A stretch of 57,082 nucleotides of DNA from assembly GCA_018303625.1 (NCBI GenBank), contig JAGVXV010000003.1, positions 1 to 57,082 on the forward strand. The letters run 5' to 3'. The stretch is from Candidatus Woesearchaeota archaeon (GTDB taxonomy: Archaea > Nanobdellota > Nanobdellia > Woesearchaeales > GW2011-AR4). The translations under genes were made by a program, and so were the position numbers. Of this stretch, positions 26,959-36,706 are shown piece after piece; the first letter of the stretch is position 1, and each line of letters starts with the position of its first letter. Below the pieces are notes generated by a model that was given only the letters and a program-made list of their open reading frames with translations, was not told the DNA's origin and made no database searches.

Positions 26959-27969
26959 CTATTCCGATTTATTGGAAGGAGGATGCATTACCTGTAAGGA
27001 TTCGCCTGTGGGAGGTGTAACCACTATAGGTGTAACATATTCAGATTTATCACTTGTCTGGGTTTCTTTAGATTCCTCATCCTGAAAGGTGACATTTGAA
27101 AATGATGATACGTTTAGCTGTGATTTTTGAGATCCATCTCCTTCTTTGACCTTTGGGATAGGAAGTGATAGAGTTGCTTCGCTTTTTATTAAACCTAGCA
27201 TGTAAGCATCGGGAAGACCAACTGATCTGGAGATGTTCTGTATTTTATAAACTGGGCATAACCCAGTAGATTTACTATAGGTTAAATTACCTAGATTTTT
27301 CTTTAGGTAATAGATGTTCCTGCCAATGATTTCCTCATAGCACACATCAAGCACATACACGCTTATCTCTTCTATGATAGGTTCCCCTGCTTTGTCTTGA
27401 TTTATCACTTTATCTTCATTGTCCCTTATGGGAACGAATAGTTCTGTTTTGTTCCCTTTTTTGTAGTATTCTCCTGTCCAAGTTAATTGGGTTATATTTC
27501 TTCCAGTTTTATATTGAACTGGCACGATACTCATACTAGACTTTGGGATATCTATCTCTCCAGATTTTGTGAACACTAAATCCAACTCAAAGCTGCCAGA
27601 ACGACTCCAAAGCTCTCTTAATATAGGTAAATGTTCCAAGGTTCCATTGCTTCTTTCTTCTAAGAAATAATGGTATCTTGCGGTGCCTGCAAGAATTGCC
27701 TCGTCACCAAATTCAAAGTAAAATATTGGATCAGTCCATTCCGTTTCCGGAGCACCCAGCTTGTGAAGCCTTACTGCTCCAAATATGAAATATTCTGGAT
27801 ATCCACTGGGACCAATCATATAACCATCTATTACATAGACTACATCTATATTATTGAATTCAATTCCACTCATTTTCTCCGTAGAAAGGTCTTGACTAGA
27901 AACTAAACTAATAAACATAAATAATATTATAGTACACAAAAATATTATTTTTTTACACACATTAACCAA
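26959..27969 (-). CDS. Secreted hypothetical protein
   Basis: Signal peptide; RBS GGGGGG; long ORF. Confidence 0.75.
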   Translation of the reverse strand: MVNVCKKIIFLCTIILFMFISLVSSQDLSTEKMSGIEFNNIDVVYVIDGYMIGPSGYPEYFIFGAVRLHKLGAPETEWTDPIFYFEFGDEAILAGTARYHYFLEERSNGTLEHLPILRELWSRSGSFELDLVFTKSGEIDIPKSSMSIVPVQYKTGRNITQLTWTGEYYKKGNKTELFVPIRDNEDKVINQDKAGEPIIEEISVYVLDVCYEEIIGRNIYYLKKNLGNLTYSKSTGLCPVYKIQNISRSVGLPDAYMLGLIKSEATLSLPIPKVKEGDGSQKSQLNVSSFSNVTFQDEESKETQTSDKSEYVTPIVVTPPTGESLQVMHPPSNKSE

Positions 27970-28003
27970 CCCCCCTTTATGCTATTCAGATATGAACTCC
28001 TAT

Positions 28004-31000
28004 TTAAACATTCTGCGTTAAAGTTCCTTTCAAAAATAAATAACCAGTTTCATTTACATTAATAACCAAATTTCCATTATTTTTAATTCTAAAATCATTT
28101 CTGTTTATATCAGAAGTTATTGTTGCTTGGTTTTCTGCTAAAGTTCCGTCAATATACATGCTGCCATTGTTTTCTATAATTAGAACATCTTTTTGATTGT
28201 TTCTTATCACAAAGGCAAAAGTAGATGTTCTTTGGAAGTTTGAGTTTTGCTCTAGAATTCCTTTTAGGACTAATTTTCCGGTAGTACTGAACCTAGCTAT
28301 ATTGTTTCCTGAACTATCTTTAATATAAAATGGCTTGCAGGAAGTATCAGAACTACAATCACTATCATCACAATCTAAATTACCATCATTATCATTGTCT
28401 ATACTATCGGCACATGTATTTTGACAGACAGAATAGCTATCTACACATATAGATGTACCCTCGCCACCTTCTGCTTTATCACAAGTAGGACTAGAACTTC
28501 CATAATCACAACCACCAGTGCCATCACAAAATCCCTGACTTGGAATTTTGTAATCTAAATTATTGTATGCATTATTTCCCCCAGATGAACCAGAGCATGC
28601 ATAATTAGAATTGCATAATGAAGATGTACCATAGAAACTGCAGCTTCCTAAGGCAGTTCCAGTGCAGCTAGAAGAATCAATAAAGGTACATGTACTACAA
28701 GAATATTGCGGCTGATCATTTGATTGAGTGCTGCAATCAACTGTGTTGGCATCTTTACAATTTCCAAAACCTTCACATCTATTTGAAGTTATATCTTGCT
28801 TATTGTAACAAGTCTCTGTTGCAGTGGGGCTTTCTGTGCCTGATTGAGCATAGTATCCTCCACACTCTATTACTCCGCAAGCAGTATCATCTAATGGAGT
28901 TCCTGAGCAGGTTCCCCCAGAACAGGTCATGCAAGTTCCACAGCTTTGGCCATTACAAACAGAATCAGCACAATCTGTTTGGCTATTGCAATTGTTGTCT
29001 TTACTATCACCGCAAATCTCAGGCCTTCCAGGATATATGTTAGGATCATTATCATCACAATCGGTTCCTAACGAACAATCTTGTCCGTAACCGTCTCCAT
29101 CATTGTCTGTGCAAGGCTTACAATACAATATCTCTACTGTTGCATCTCCAGCATTCTGCATGTACCATTCATCTTGAGCTGGTTCAGGCCACCAGGAATA
29201 AGCCATTAACCAATCTTTTTGTCTCCATAACTCATCCTTATACTGTTCAGTTACATCTAAATTATTAAATCCAATCTTACAATTTCCTGCTCCTTCGTCA
29301 ACTTTTTCATAATTGGATTTATCTGTAAGTTTCTCCTCATAATTTTCTGCGTCATCAAGGTTCTCCTCATTTTTTATATAAAAATAAAGATCTGTATTCT
29401 TGCAACTACTTGCTCCAAAATTATTATACCATTCTAAATCTACATCTACAATATCATTTTCCTTTGTTTCGTCTAGGTAATTATCGCAATCATTTATATC
29501 AAAACTTGCTGCATAACCAAAATCCTCATCACAGTCGTCTCTGCCGCATACCAATACGGGAGCTGAACTGCCTATATTATGTGCTTGTTTGGCAGTTATC
29601 TCTAACTCAACCATTGATGTTGGATCATGTTCACACTGCTCTAATGTCTCATCATCCCTACATTCCCATGGATTCCCACATGAAGTATCAAATACACATC
29701 TTGATTCTGTGTTGCAACTAGAAGGGTTGCAGCTTCTAGTTTGCAACATTTGGTTTGAGTCACAGCTGCCAGCACCACAACCAGCATCAACATAACTGCC
29801 GCATAAACATACACTTCCTCCACAATCTGAATCACTTCCATCCGTCAATAAATCACAATCATTGTCTTTTCCATCGCTGCATAACGTTTCAGCAGAGTTT
29901 GGATGTATTGTTGAATCAGCATCATTGCAATCACTAGCACTGCAAAAGCCGTCATTGTCTGCATCTGTCGTACTTATCTCTACCCAGACAGGATTTGTGT
30001 AAATTCGGTACTCATTATTGCTTCCACCAATGCATTCTGCTCGGTAATACGAATTTTGAGTGACAGAAGGATCCTCTCCGACAACTGTTGGAGGCTCTGG
30101 ACCAGTGCCAGATTTAGAGCCAAAATTAAAACCAGTTGGATCTTCACTTCCTTGATCTATTCTCCCTTTAAATACAACTAGATTACATGTATCTTGTACA
30201 TTACTATAATGAGGCCGAATGGTAACTTTATCACCTGAACAAACAGTAGCTGTCCCTCCTTGCATTGTATAGCCGGCTTGGTTTTGTCCTTTAGCTTCAA
30301 TCCAGACAAGGCCGTTGTTGGAGACTGTTACTTTGCCAGAGACTGTTACTTTGCCATTACTAAGAGCAGATTTTAGATTCGCCTGAGTCAAACTTCCATC
30401 TAGGTAAACACTATTATACACATATAATGGTATGACCTCATCATGAGAATCTGAACCACTATAAGCATAGACTTTTACATTGTTTTGTAAAAGATTAATC
30501 CAAGCGTTTAGAGAATCCTGATTATCTTCGCTCCAAACACCATTCCACACTTCAATACCTGTTTCGCCAGCAATTTCAAACATAGACTCAAAATCTATAA
30601 ATCTTCCTTCTGGTTGAGGATGATTAATAATTGAAATTCCATTTTCATTAGTGATGTTGTTAATACCTCCTTGATTTGTTGGGTTTGTGGGGCAGTGGCG
30701 ATTTCTCGGAGTCTGCTCTATAAAATTATCAATGCCATAAGCACCAATATGTGCCTCTCCTAGAGTACCTTCACAAGTATTAGAAAGTTCTAGGATTATT
30801 TCATTATCATTTAATCTATCTGAAACACTCAACTCTTCACCTACTAAGCAAGTAAAATCGGGATCATTATCTGCAGCACTGCAGTTTTGATTTACTATTT
30901 GAAATTCTGTTTCATTGATACAATATGAATGATCTGAAAATCCCAAAAAATCTAAATTAGCCTGTTCTGCTTCAACTGCTAGGTCCAAAACAGTTCTTCC

Positions 31001-31198
31001 GTTGTCATGCCCCTCCAAAATTCTTGGCAAGCAATCATCTTCAGGAGTATCAGAATTTCCGTCATATCCATGGTCTGTACTAAATCCAGTATGTTGATGA
31101 AGGCTGCCATAATACCATCCTGCGGCCAAAGCTTTTGTGGAGATTAAAATAATTAAAATAATCAAAAATATTACAAATAAATGATTGTTTAGTTTCAT
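28004..31198 (-). CDS. Secreted PHP-family (CehA/McbA-like) metallohydrolase with Cys/Asp-rich repeats and shared C-terminal module
   Basis: LHQHT, SDH, GEE, INHP, GIEVWNG, GSDSH; DCNDADSTIHP...DGKDNDCD repeats. Confidence 0.85.
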   Translation of the reverse strand: MKLNNHLFVIFLIILIILISTKALAAGWYYGSLHQHTGFSTDHGYDGNSDTPEDDCLPRILEGHDNGRTVLDLAVEAEQANLDFLGFSDHSYCINETEFQIVNQNCSAADNDPDFTCLVGEELSVSDRLNDNEIILELSNTCEGTLGEAHIGAYGIDNFIEQTPRNRHCPTNPTNQGGINNITNENGISIINHPQPEGRFIDFESMFEIAGETGIEVWNGVWSEDNQDSLNAWINLLQNNVKVYAYSGSDSHDEVIPLYVYNSVYLDGSLTQANLKSALSNGKVTVSGKVTVSNNGLVWIEAKGQNQAGYTMQGGTATVCSGDKVTIRPHYSNVQDTCNLVVFKGRIDQGSEDPTGFNFGSKSGTGPEPPTVVGEDPSVTQNSYYRAECIGGSNNEYRIYTNPVWVEISTTDADNDGFCSASDCNDADSTIHPNSAETLCSDGKDNDCDLLTDGSDSDCGGSVCLCGSYVDAGCGAGSCDSNQMLQTRSCNPSSCNTESRCVFDTSCGNPWECRDDETLEQCEHDPTSMVELEITAKQAHNIGSSAPVLVCGRDDCDEDFGYAASFDINDCDNYLDETKENDIVDVDLEWYNNFGASSCKNTDLYFYIKNEENLDDAENYEEKLTDKSNYEKVDEGAGNCKIGFNNLDVTEQYKDELWRQKDWLMAYSWWPEPAQDEWYMQNAGDATVEILYCKPCTDNDGDGYGQDCSLGTDCDDNDPNIYPGRPEICGDSKDNNCNSQTDCADSVCNGQSCGTCMTCSGGTCSGTPLDDTACGVIECGGYYAQSGTESPTATETCYNKQDITSNRCEGFGNCKDANTVDCSTQSNDQPQYSCSTCTFIDSSSCTGTALGSCSFYGTSSLCNSNYACSGSSGGNNAYNNLDYKIPSQGFCDGTGGCDYGSSSPTCDKAEGGEGTSICVDSYSVCQNTCADSIDNDNDGNLDCDDSDCSSDTSCKPFYIKDSSGNNIARFSTTGKLVLKGILEQNSNFQRTSTFAFVIRNNQKDVLIIENNGSMYIDGTLAENQATITSDINRNDFRIKNNGNLVINVNETGYLFLKGTLTQNV
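30321..30356. repeat. Perfect 18-bp tandem duplication (in frame)
   Basis: GAGACTGTTACTTTGCCA x2, giving GKVTVSGKVTVS. Confidence 0.9.
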
Positions 31199-31506
31199 GT
31201 AGTTTTTATCTTCATTTTTTCTTCGATTAAATATGCAATAACTGCCCCAATTATGACCCATAAAATTATATTTGATAAAATTGAAGTGATTAGAATAATA
31301 TTTGTCATAGTTGATGACAACCCAGACTCTGCTAATCCCAAAAGTGGGGATATCAGTAAAGACATAGTGAACATAGACATTTTAAAGGGGATTAACCATA
31401 TTTGGTTGATATAAGCTTTAAGAAAAATTTGAACTATAGTGGGTATTAAAGCGTATATCCCTCCGATAATCCCTCCGATAAAAATATCTTTATGTTTTAT
31501 TTTCAT
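31195..31506 (-). CDS. Small membrane protein
   Basis: Hydrophobic; ATGA overlap with the PHP gene. Confidence 0.7.
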   Translation of the reverse strand: MKIKHKDIFIGGIIGGIYALIPTIVQIFLKAYINQIWLIPFKMSMFTMSLLISPLLGLAESGLSSTMTNIILITSILSNIILWVIIGAVIAYLIEEKMKIKTT

Positions 31507-31631
31507 GTTCGTATTCCCCCACTCAGTAAAATATTGAGTTTGTACCACCTACACCACAGTACAATTAGAAGTATTATACTAATAAAAGGTAGTACAGTTA
31601 ATAACGAGACGTTTTTTGTCATTTTAGTTGA

Positions 31632-34214
31632 TTAAATCCAAATTCCTGAACGTATTGTTATAGTAATATTATCCGTCGTTTCATACTCTTTTCCTTGATG
31701 ATAATATTTAATTGAAAAATTCAATCCAGCCGTATTGTTAACAGTAAAATTATTGTCAAATATTTCATTAGGTGTTATATTGATTAATTGCGGATGAATT
31801 ATAAGGTAGTTACTATTAAAATTTGAACCGCTGGACATATTTTTCGAATAATAAAGATCTCCATCAGCCTCATAAATGTTAAGAAGGCCTAAGGTCAAGG
31901 AATTATTTAGGTATTCGCTGTAACTCAACACAACATATTTGGATGTATTAATATTGTTCACTATCCAACTACCAATATGGTGAAGTAAGTTTACCTCAAT
32001 ACTAACATTAACATCAAAAACATCACTCCATTGCTCCTGGGAAGAATTATCTTTTGCAACACATTCCCACTGGTAATTTCCATTTGACAAATTAGTTACA
32101 TTAAACATAACACCATTTGTTAATCCAGATAATGGTTTAGTTTCACGCAAAGTTAAATTTCCAGTCAAATTAAAATACAAAGACATATTTGTTAAAGCAT
32201 AGTCATCAGTAGCATTGCATGAAAAGAAAATATAGCCGTCAGTATCAACTGTATTATTTGCAGGAGAAGTTAAAATGAATCTGGGCTTGGTATCACTGCC
32301 TTCATAAACAGTAAAAGTGGCATTATTGCTGCTTATATTCATCCCATGTTTATCAAATGTGGTAAAAACAACAGTAACATTTCCAAACCAGTTTTTAGCC
32401 GATTCCAAAACAGCAATATTACTTTCATTATTAAGCATAATAGTAACATTTCCAGTATGTTTTTCAATATAAGTTAAATCGTCTCCTTTAGGATCTGAAA
32501 AATAGTTGCTCAAATTCAAAGTTAAAATTCCATCTTCTGTCCAGAATAAGTTGGGAATGGTGGAAACTGTAGGAGGATACTTATCAACTACAAGCATAAA
32601 ATTGGAAAACCCTCCCCAATCAGAGTTTGGAACCCGTGCATCATCATAGCAAATAACGTTCCAGTCAAATTCCCCACTCGGAACATTATTTATAGTAAAA
32701 TACAAAGAAACGTTTGTCTGCACAAAAGTGTTTGATTGGTTTGGTAAAAAAGAGCCGCTAATGTTATGGTACAAAGTGCAATTCCTAAGCAAGCCATCAT
32801 CTTGAACTGTATAGTTAAATGTAATATCTCCATCATTGTCATCAGAGCCATAAATAGGTGTGTTTAGAGTTACAACAGGCTCTTTATTTACTATTAACTC
32901 CCATGAATTTGAAGAGCCGACATTAGCATTTGGAGACGTATCTGTGCAGTTTATTCTCCACTCATAGCTGCCATAATTAAGATTTTTAATAGTAAAATTT
33001 TGCCTTTCTAGTTCAGTTATAGTGGTATTGGTTTGGTTTGTTATGTCATCAATAATCAGCCTACAGCTAGAAACATCATAGCTAAAATCGCTAACCATGT
33101 ACTCAAATGTTACATTTCCTAAAATATCTATTTCACCATTTTCTGGCTCTATAAGAGATATAACTGGGGAAGAATTATCCCTAACTTCAAAACTTCTTTG
33201 TACAGAGCTGCCAACATTTGCGTCTGTTGACAAATCAGTGCAATTAACAGACCAAGTGTAGTTGTTATCTTTTAAACCTATTAAACCAAAAAACTGTGTT
33301 TTAGATTCCAAAACTAATGAATCAGTCATATTTATTTTACCATTAATAATTAAGGAACATCTATCAATGGCAGAAGTTACATCTGATACATTATAGCTAA
33401 ATATTATTGCTCCATCAGAATCTGTTACTGAATCTGCTGGTTCCACTAAATTTACTGTTGGAGTTTCTAAATCATCGCCAATCTTAAAGCTATTATTTAT
33501 TCCAAATGCAGAAAATGACTCATTATCATAAGCCAAGCAGCTCCATAGATAATCTCCATTTGGAATATTGTTTAATGTCAAGGTTGTAGTATTAACAGTT
33601 CCTGATACCAATGTTGTTTGGTTTAATCGCCATGCTCCACTTACATTATTATATAAGGAAATATTAACAAGTTTGTTGTAAGTTCTAGAAGTGCAATTAA
33701 AAATCAAGCTACCATCCTTATCAGTTGTTTGATTCAAAGGTTTATTTAGAAAAACTTCGACAGGATTTACAGGCTCTGCAATGAAAATGTAATCAGTCAC
33801 ATTTAATAGATCATAACCAGATTTAGAACCGTTGCAAAGCACGTTCCAGCTATTATTTCCGCTTGCATTAATTTGTCTTTCAAACCTGTATAATTTTCTA
33901 AAAGAATTGTAGCTCATGTTTTCTAAAGCAGTCCAGCTTCCGCCGATATTAAATCTTATTTGGCAAAAAGATGCTGCATCTGAAATCGGTTCTCCAGTTG
34001 AATTATCCGTAAAATTAGCGGAAAATGTAACAAATTCTTGAATTAGTATTGTCCTATTGCCTCCTTCCACATCTACTTCATCCCAAATAACCAATTTGGA
34101 ATTATTTCCTTGAGTTTCAGAAATAGCATACACTAATAAGATAGAAACAGCTAATAACACAACTATAGAAAATATAACTAACTGGCTCCTCTTTTCACCA
34201 ACCGTCAAAACCAC
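31632..34214 (-). CDS. Surface protein with repeated disulfide-containing Ig-like domains
   Basis: N-terminal TM; repeats F.(C/Y)...G.Y.W...C.D; many N-x-S/T sequons. Confidence 0.8.
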   Translation of the reverse strand: MVLTVGEKRSQLVIFSIVVLLAVSILLVYAISETQGNNSKLVIWDEVDVEGGNRTILIQEFVTFSANFTDNSTGEPISDAASFCQIRFNIGGSWTALENMSYNSFRKLYRFERQINASGNNSWNVLCNGSKSGYDLLNVTDYIFIAEPVNPVEVFLNKPLNQTTDKDGSLIFNCTSRTYNKLVNISLYNNVSGAWRLNQTTLVSGTVNTTTLTLNNIPNGDYLWSCLAYDNESFSAFGINNSFKIGDDLETPTVNLVEPADSVTDSDGAIIFSYNVSDVTSAIDRCSLIINGKINMTDSLVLESKTQFFGLIGLKDNNYTWSVNCTDLSTDANVGSSVQRSFEVRDNSSPVISLIEPENGEIDILGNVTFEYMVSDFSYDVSSCRLIIDDITNQTNTTITELERQNFTIKNLNYGSYEWRINCTDTSPNANVGSSNSWELIVNKEPVVTLNTPIYGSDDNDGDITFNYTVQDDGLLRNCTLYHNISGSFLPNQSNTFVQTNVSLYFTINNVPSGEFDWNVICYDDARVPNSDWGGFSNFMLVVDKYPPTVSTIPNLFWTEDGILTLNLSNYFSDPKGDDLTYIEKHTGNVTIMLNNESNIAVLESAKNWFGNVTVVFTTFDKHGMNISSNNATFTVYEGSDTKPRFILTSPANNTVDTDGYIFFSCNATDDYALTNMSLYFNLTGNLTLRETKPLSGLTNGVMFNVTNLSNGNYQWECVAKDNSSQEQWSDVFDVNVSIEVNLLHHIGSWIVNNINTSKYVVLSYSEYLNNSLTLGLLNIYEADGDLYYSKNMSSGSNFNSNYLIIHPQLINITPNEIFDNNFTVNNTAGLNFSIKYYHQGKEYETTDNITITIRSGIWI

Positions 34215-34320
34215 CCCTAATTCTCATTCCCGCGGTAAACTTATATTTATAATTTTCTCTTATTCTAAATTATAAAGAAATCTGGCGCATGAAGAATTTA
34301 TTACTAAAAATTTTATCTTT

Positions 34321-34788
34321 TCATTTAATTGAGCATCCTGTCAGTTCAGAAAGCCTGTCAAATGACTGGACTCTTTCAACTAATCTTCCATTAATTTCCC
34401 ATGTCGGGGTTATCCTTACATCAGGATTTTCGCTGAAGTCTTTGTAGTTTATGAATTTAAAAGATTTGCCGAACATGCCTTTCTGCGCACTGGAGTACTG
34501 GCAGAAAGAAGCGCCATACATTACAGCACCCTTTTCAGTCAGGCATTTCGCGAAATTATCATAGCTTCCAGGTTTTTTTGCATTAATGAATGCATAAGCC
34601 CCTATAAAAACAATAAGAATAGAAAAAACAATTGCTATTATTATATAAACCCTCGTTTTTTTGCTTTTTGCAGCCTGCTGTTCTTGAGTTTCTTTGTGCT
34701 TTTTCTGCTCAAACTCAAGCCTTGACTGCTCGCTTTGCTGCCTTAGCTTCTCCAGCCTTAGCTTTTTTCTTTCTTCCCTGCTAAGCAT
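34321..34788 (-). CDS. Membrane-anchored thioredoxin-like protein (CxxS variant)
   Basis: AKCLTEKGAVMYGASFCQYSSAQK...PTWEING. Confidence 0.8.
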   Translation of the reverse strand: MLSREERKKLRLEKLRQQSEQSRLEFEQKKHKETQEQQAAKSKKTRVYIIIAIVFSILIVFIGAYAFINAKKPGSYDNFAKCLTEKGAVMYGASFCQYSSAQKGMFGKSFKFINYKDFSENPDVRITPTWEINGRLVERVQSFDRLSELTGCSIK

Positions 34789-34789
34789 T

Positions 34790-34993
34790 TTACAGGTTTG
34801 TTGCTGCCGGACTTACAACTGGAGTTCCTGTATTTTCAGCAGGCGCAACTCCGCAGCCTCCGCCATAGTACTGGTTGGGGTTTTGCTGCTGCTGCGGATA
34901 TGCCGCATAGCCTGTTGGCGCGTTGCTTCTGGCGCATCCTACAACCAATAATGCCAGCACTAAAATCAAAACTAAAATAGCGCTTTTCTTCAT
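34790..34993 (-). CDS. Small lipoprotein with GGGCGV motif
   Basis: Lipobox VVGC; RBS GGAGG. Confidence 0.8.
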   Translation of the reverse strand: MKKSAILVLILVLALLVVGCARSNAPTGYAAYPQQQQNPNQYYGGGCGVAPAENTGTPVVSPAATNL

Positions 34994-35002
34994 TTTAACC
35001 TC

Positions 35003-35737
35003 CTAGCTTGACAATTCAGTATCTATTATCTGCTTGAAGCTCTCGTAAGGATGAGCTCCGACAAGCTTTATGCCATTAATAAAAAAGGTTGGGGTTCCTG
35101 AAACACCGACCTGAGACCCATAGTTGAAGTCGTCCAGTATTTCCTGCTTATATTTGCTGCTGTCCAGGCATTCATTAAATTTCTTTGTGTCCAGGCCAAT
35201 TTTTTGCGCAAATTGCTTGTATGCAGCATTGCCCATGCTATCCTGATTTTGGAATATTGAGTCGTGCATTTCCCAATACTTGCCCTGCTCGCCTGCGCAA
35301 TTTGCAGCTTCGGCTGCCGGCTCGGCTTCAGGATGGAAGCTTAATGGGAAATCGCGGTAAATATACTTTACTTTTCCGGTGTCTATATAATCTTTCTTTA
35401 TCAGCGGGAAAGTCTGCTGGAATGCCCTTCCGCAGAACGGGCATTGGTAGTCTTCAAACGATACTATTGTGACAGGGGCATTTTTATCGCCCAAAGTAGG
35501 ATCATCATCTTCATCAATTGTAAGCCTTAATTGCTCGCCCGAATCCTGCGGCTGTTGCTGAGTCGGCACTTGAGCCTGGGCAGGAGCTGCTTGGTTGCTG
35601 CCGCCAAACTTTCCAAAAAACATAACTATAATCACAATACCTAATACCGCGGCTATGCCTTGCCATACCCTCTCTTTTTTAATCACATAAACTTTATCGT
35701 TTTTAGCTGCATGATGCGCATGCTCATTGTCTTCCAT
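35003..35737 (-). CDS. DsbA-family thiol-disulfide oxidoreductase
   Basis: DYQCPFC, RDFPLSFH, GVSGTPTFFING. Confidence 0.93.
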   Translation of the reverse strand: MEDNEHAHHAAKNDKVYVIKKERVWQGIAAVLGIVIIVMFFGKFGGSNQAAPAQAQVPTQQQPQDSGEQLRLTIDEDDDPTLGDKNAPVTIVSFEDYQCPFCGRAFQQTFPLIKKDYIDTGKVKYIYRDFPLSFHPEAEPAAEAANCAGEQGKYWEMHDSIFQNQDSMGNAAYKQFAQKIGLDTKKFNECLDSSKYKQEILDDFNYGSQVGVSGTPTFFINGIKLVGAHPYESFKQIIDTELSS

Positions 35738-35865
35738 TTTAACACCCCATTTTTGTTGTTGAAACTTTTGTTTTTATATAAATTTTTCTTATTTTTGGTA
35801 TTTTAACAGAATAACTATATATAGCTAACTTTGGAAACCATGCTTGAAAAAACGCCTGTTTTCCG

Positions 35866-35904
35866 CTGAAAAGGCTTATTTAAGTTTATTACCGTTCATA
35901 AGGG
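35866..35904. promoter_or_regulatory. 39-bp upstream box, copy 2
   Basis: 36/39 identical to 17376..17414; enclosed by inverted repeat GCCTGTTT/AAACAGGC. Confidence 0.7.
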
Positions 35905-35922
35905 CTTAAACAGGCTTTTTTA

Positions 35923-36678
35923 TCATTCCAAAAATATCAAAGCAACCATTACCAAAATTCCTAAAATCAACGCAATAAGCTGCATAAATGAAATTATCGG
36001 CTTTGTCTCTTTATGGAGTTCTGGAATCAAGTCAGAGCCTGCAATGTAAATAAAGCCTCCTGCTGTAAATGGCACAAGGAAAATGGAAAATTTTTCTACA
36101 GAATTGCCTATAATTAATACTAAAACAGCACCTATTAAAGCCAAAATTGCGGACAAGAAGTTAAATGCCAGGGCTTTTTTCTTTGTAAAGCCGCCATGCA
36201 GCAAAATCCCAAAATCGCCAATCTCCTGGGGAATCTCGTGCAAAATAACAGCTATGGTTGTTGCAATGCCTAATGGGATTGAGGCAATATAGCTGCCTGC
36301 AATTATCATGCCATCAAAGAAATTGTGCAGGCCGTCTCCGATTAAATTCATGAAAGCCAATGGGTGGGGATGCTCATTTGTTGTCGGCAGGTGGCAGTGC
36401 CTCCAGTGAATGAACTTTTCCAATATAAAAAAAATTAAAATTCCCAATAATAAGTAAATTGATAATTCTAATGTGAATCCAGATTCCTCAACAGCTTCAG
36501 GAAGCAAGTGTATGAAAGAGTCCCCAAGCAATGCGCCTGCTGCAAAGCTGACTAAAAACAATAAAATATTTTTTAAATTGATTTTCTTGAATAATAGCGT
36601 TAATGCGCCTATCAGTGAAATAAAGCTGACTAGCAAAACGCTTATTATTGAGTAAGCCCAGATGCTTGGCATAACCAT
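35923..36678 (-). CDS. ZIP-family divalent metal transporter
   Basis: HLLPE, HWRHCH, LHNFFDG, HEIPQEIGD. Confidence 0.95.
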   Translation of the reverse strand: MVMPSIWAYSIISVLLVSFISLIGALTLLFKKINLKNILLFLVSFAAGALLGDSFIHLLPEAVEESGFTLELSIYLLLGILIFFILEKFIHWRHCHLPTTNEHPHPLAFMNLIGDGLHNFFDGMIIAGSYIASIPLGIATTIAVILHEIPQEIGDFGILLHGGFTKKKALAFNFLSAILALIGAVLVLIIGNSVEKFSIFLVPFTAGGFIYIAGSDLIPELHKETKPIISFMQLIALILGILVMVALIFLE

Positions 36679-36706
36679 AGATAAACAAGCCAGTTTTAAA
36701 AGCTTT

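Noticed and set aside
28004-29950. Multiheme cytochrome in the Cys-rich region
   Set aside because: No CxxCH motifs; the pattern fits disulfide/Ca-binding repeats.
19096-34214. Provirus
   Set aside because: No capsid, terminase, portal or integrase genes; the proteins have signal peptides or TM anchors.
17376-35904. 39-bp direct repeats as att sites of an integrated element
   Set aside because: No integrase is present. A third degenerate copy and fixed spacing to TATA-like elements fit a regulatory site better.
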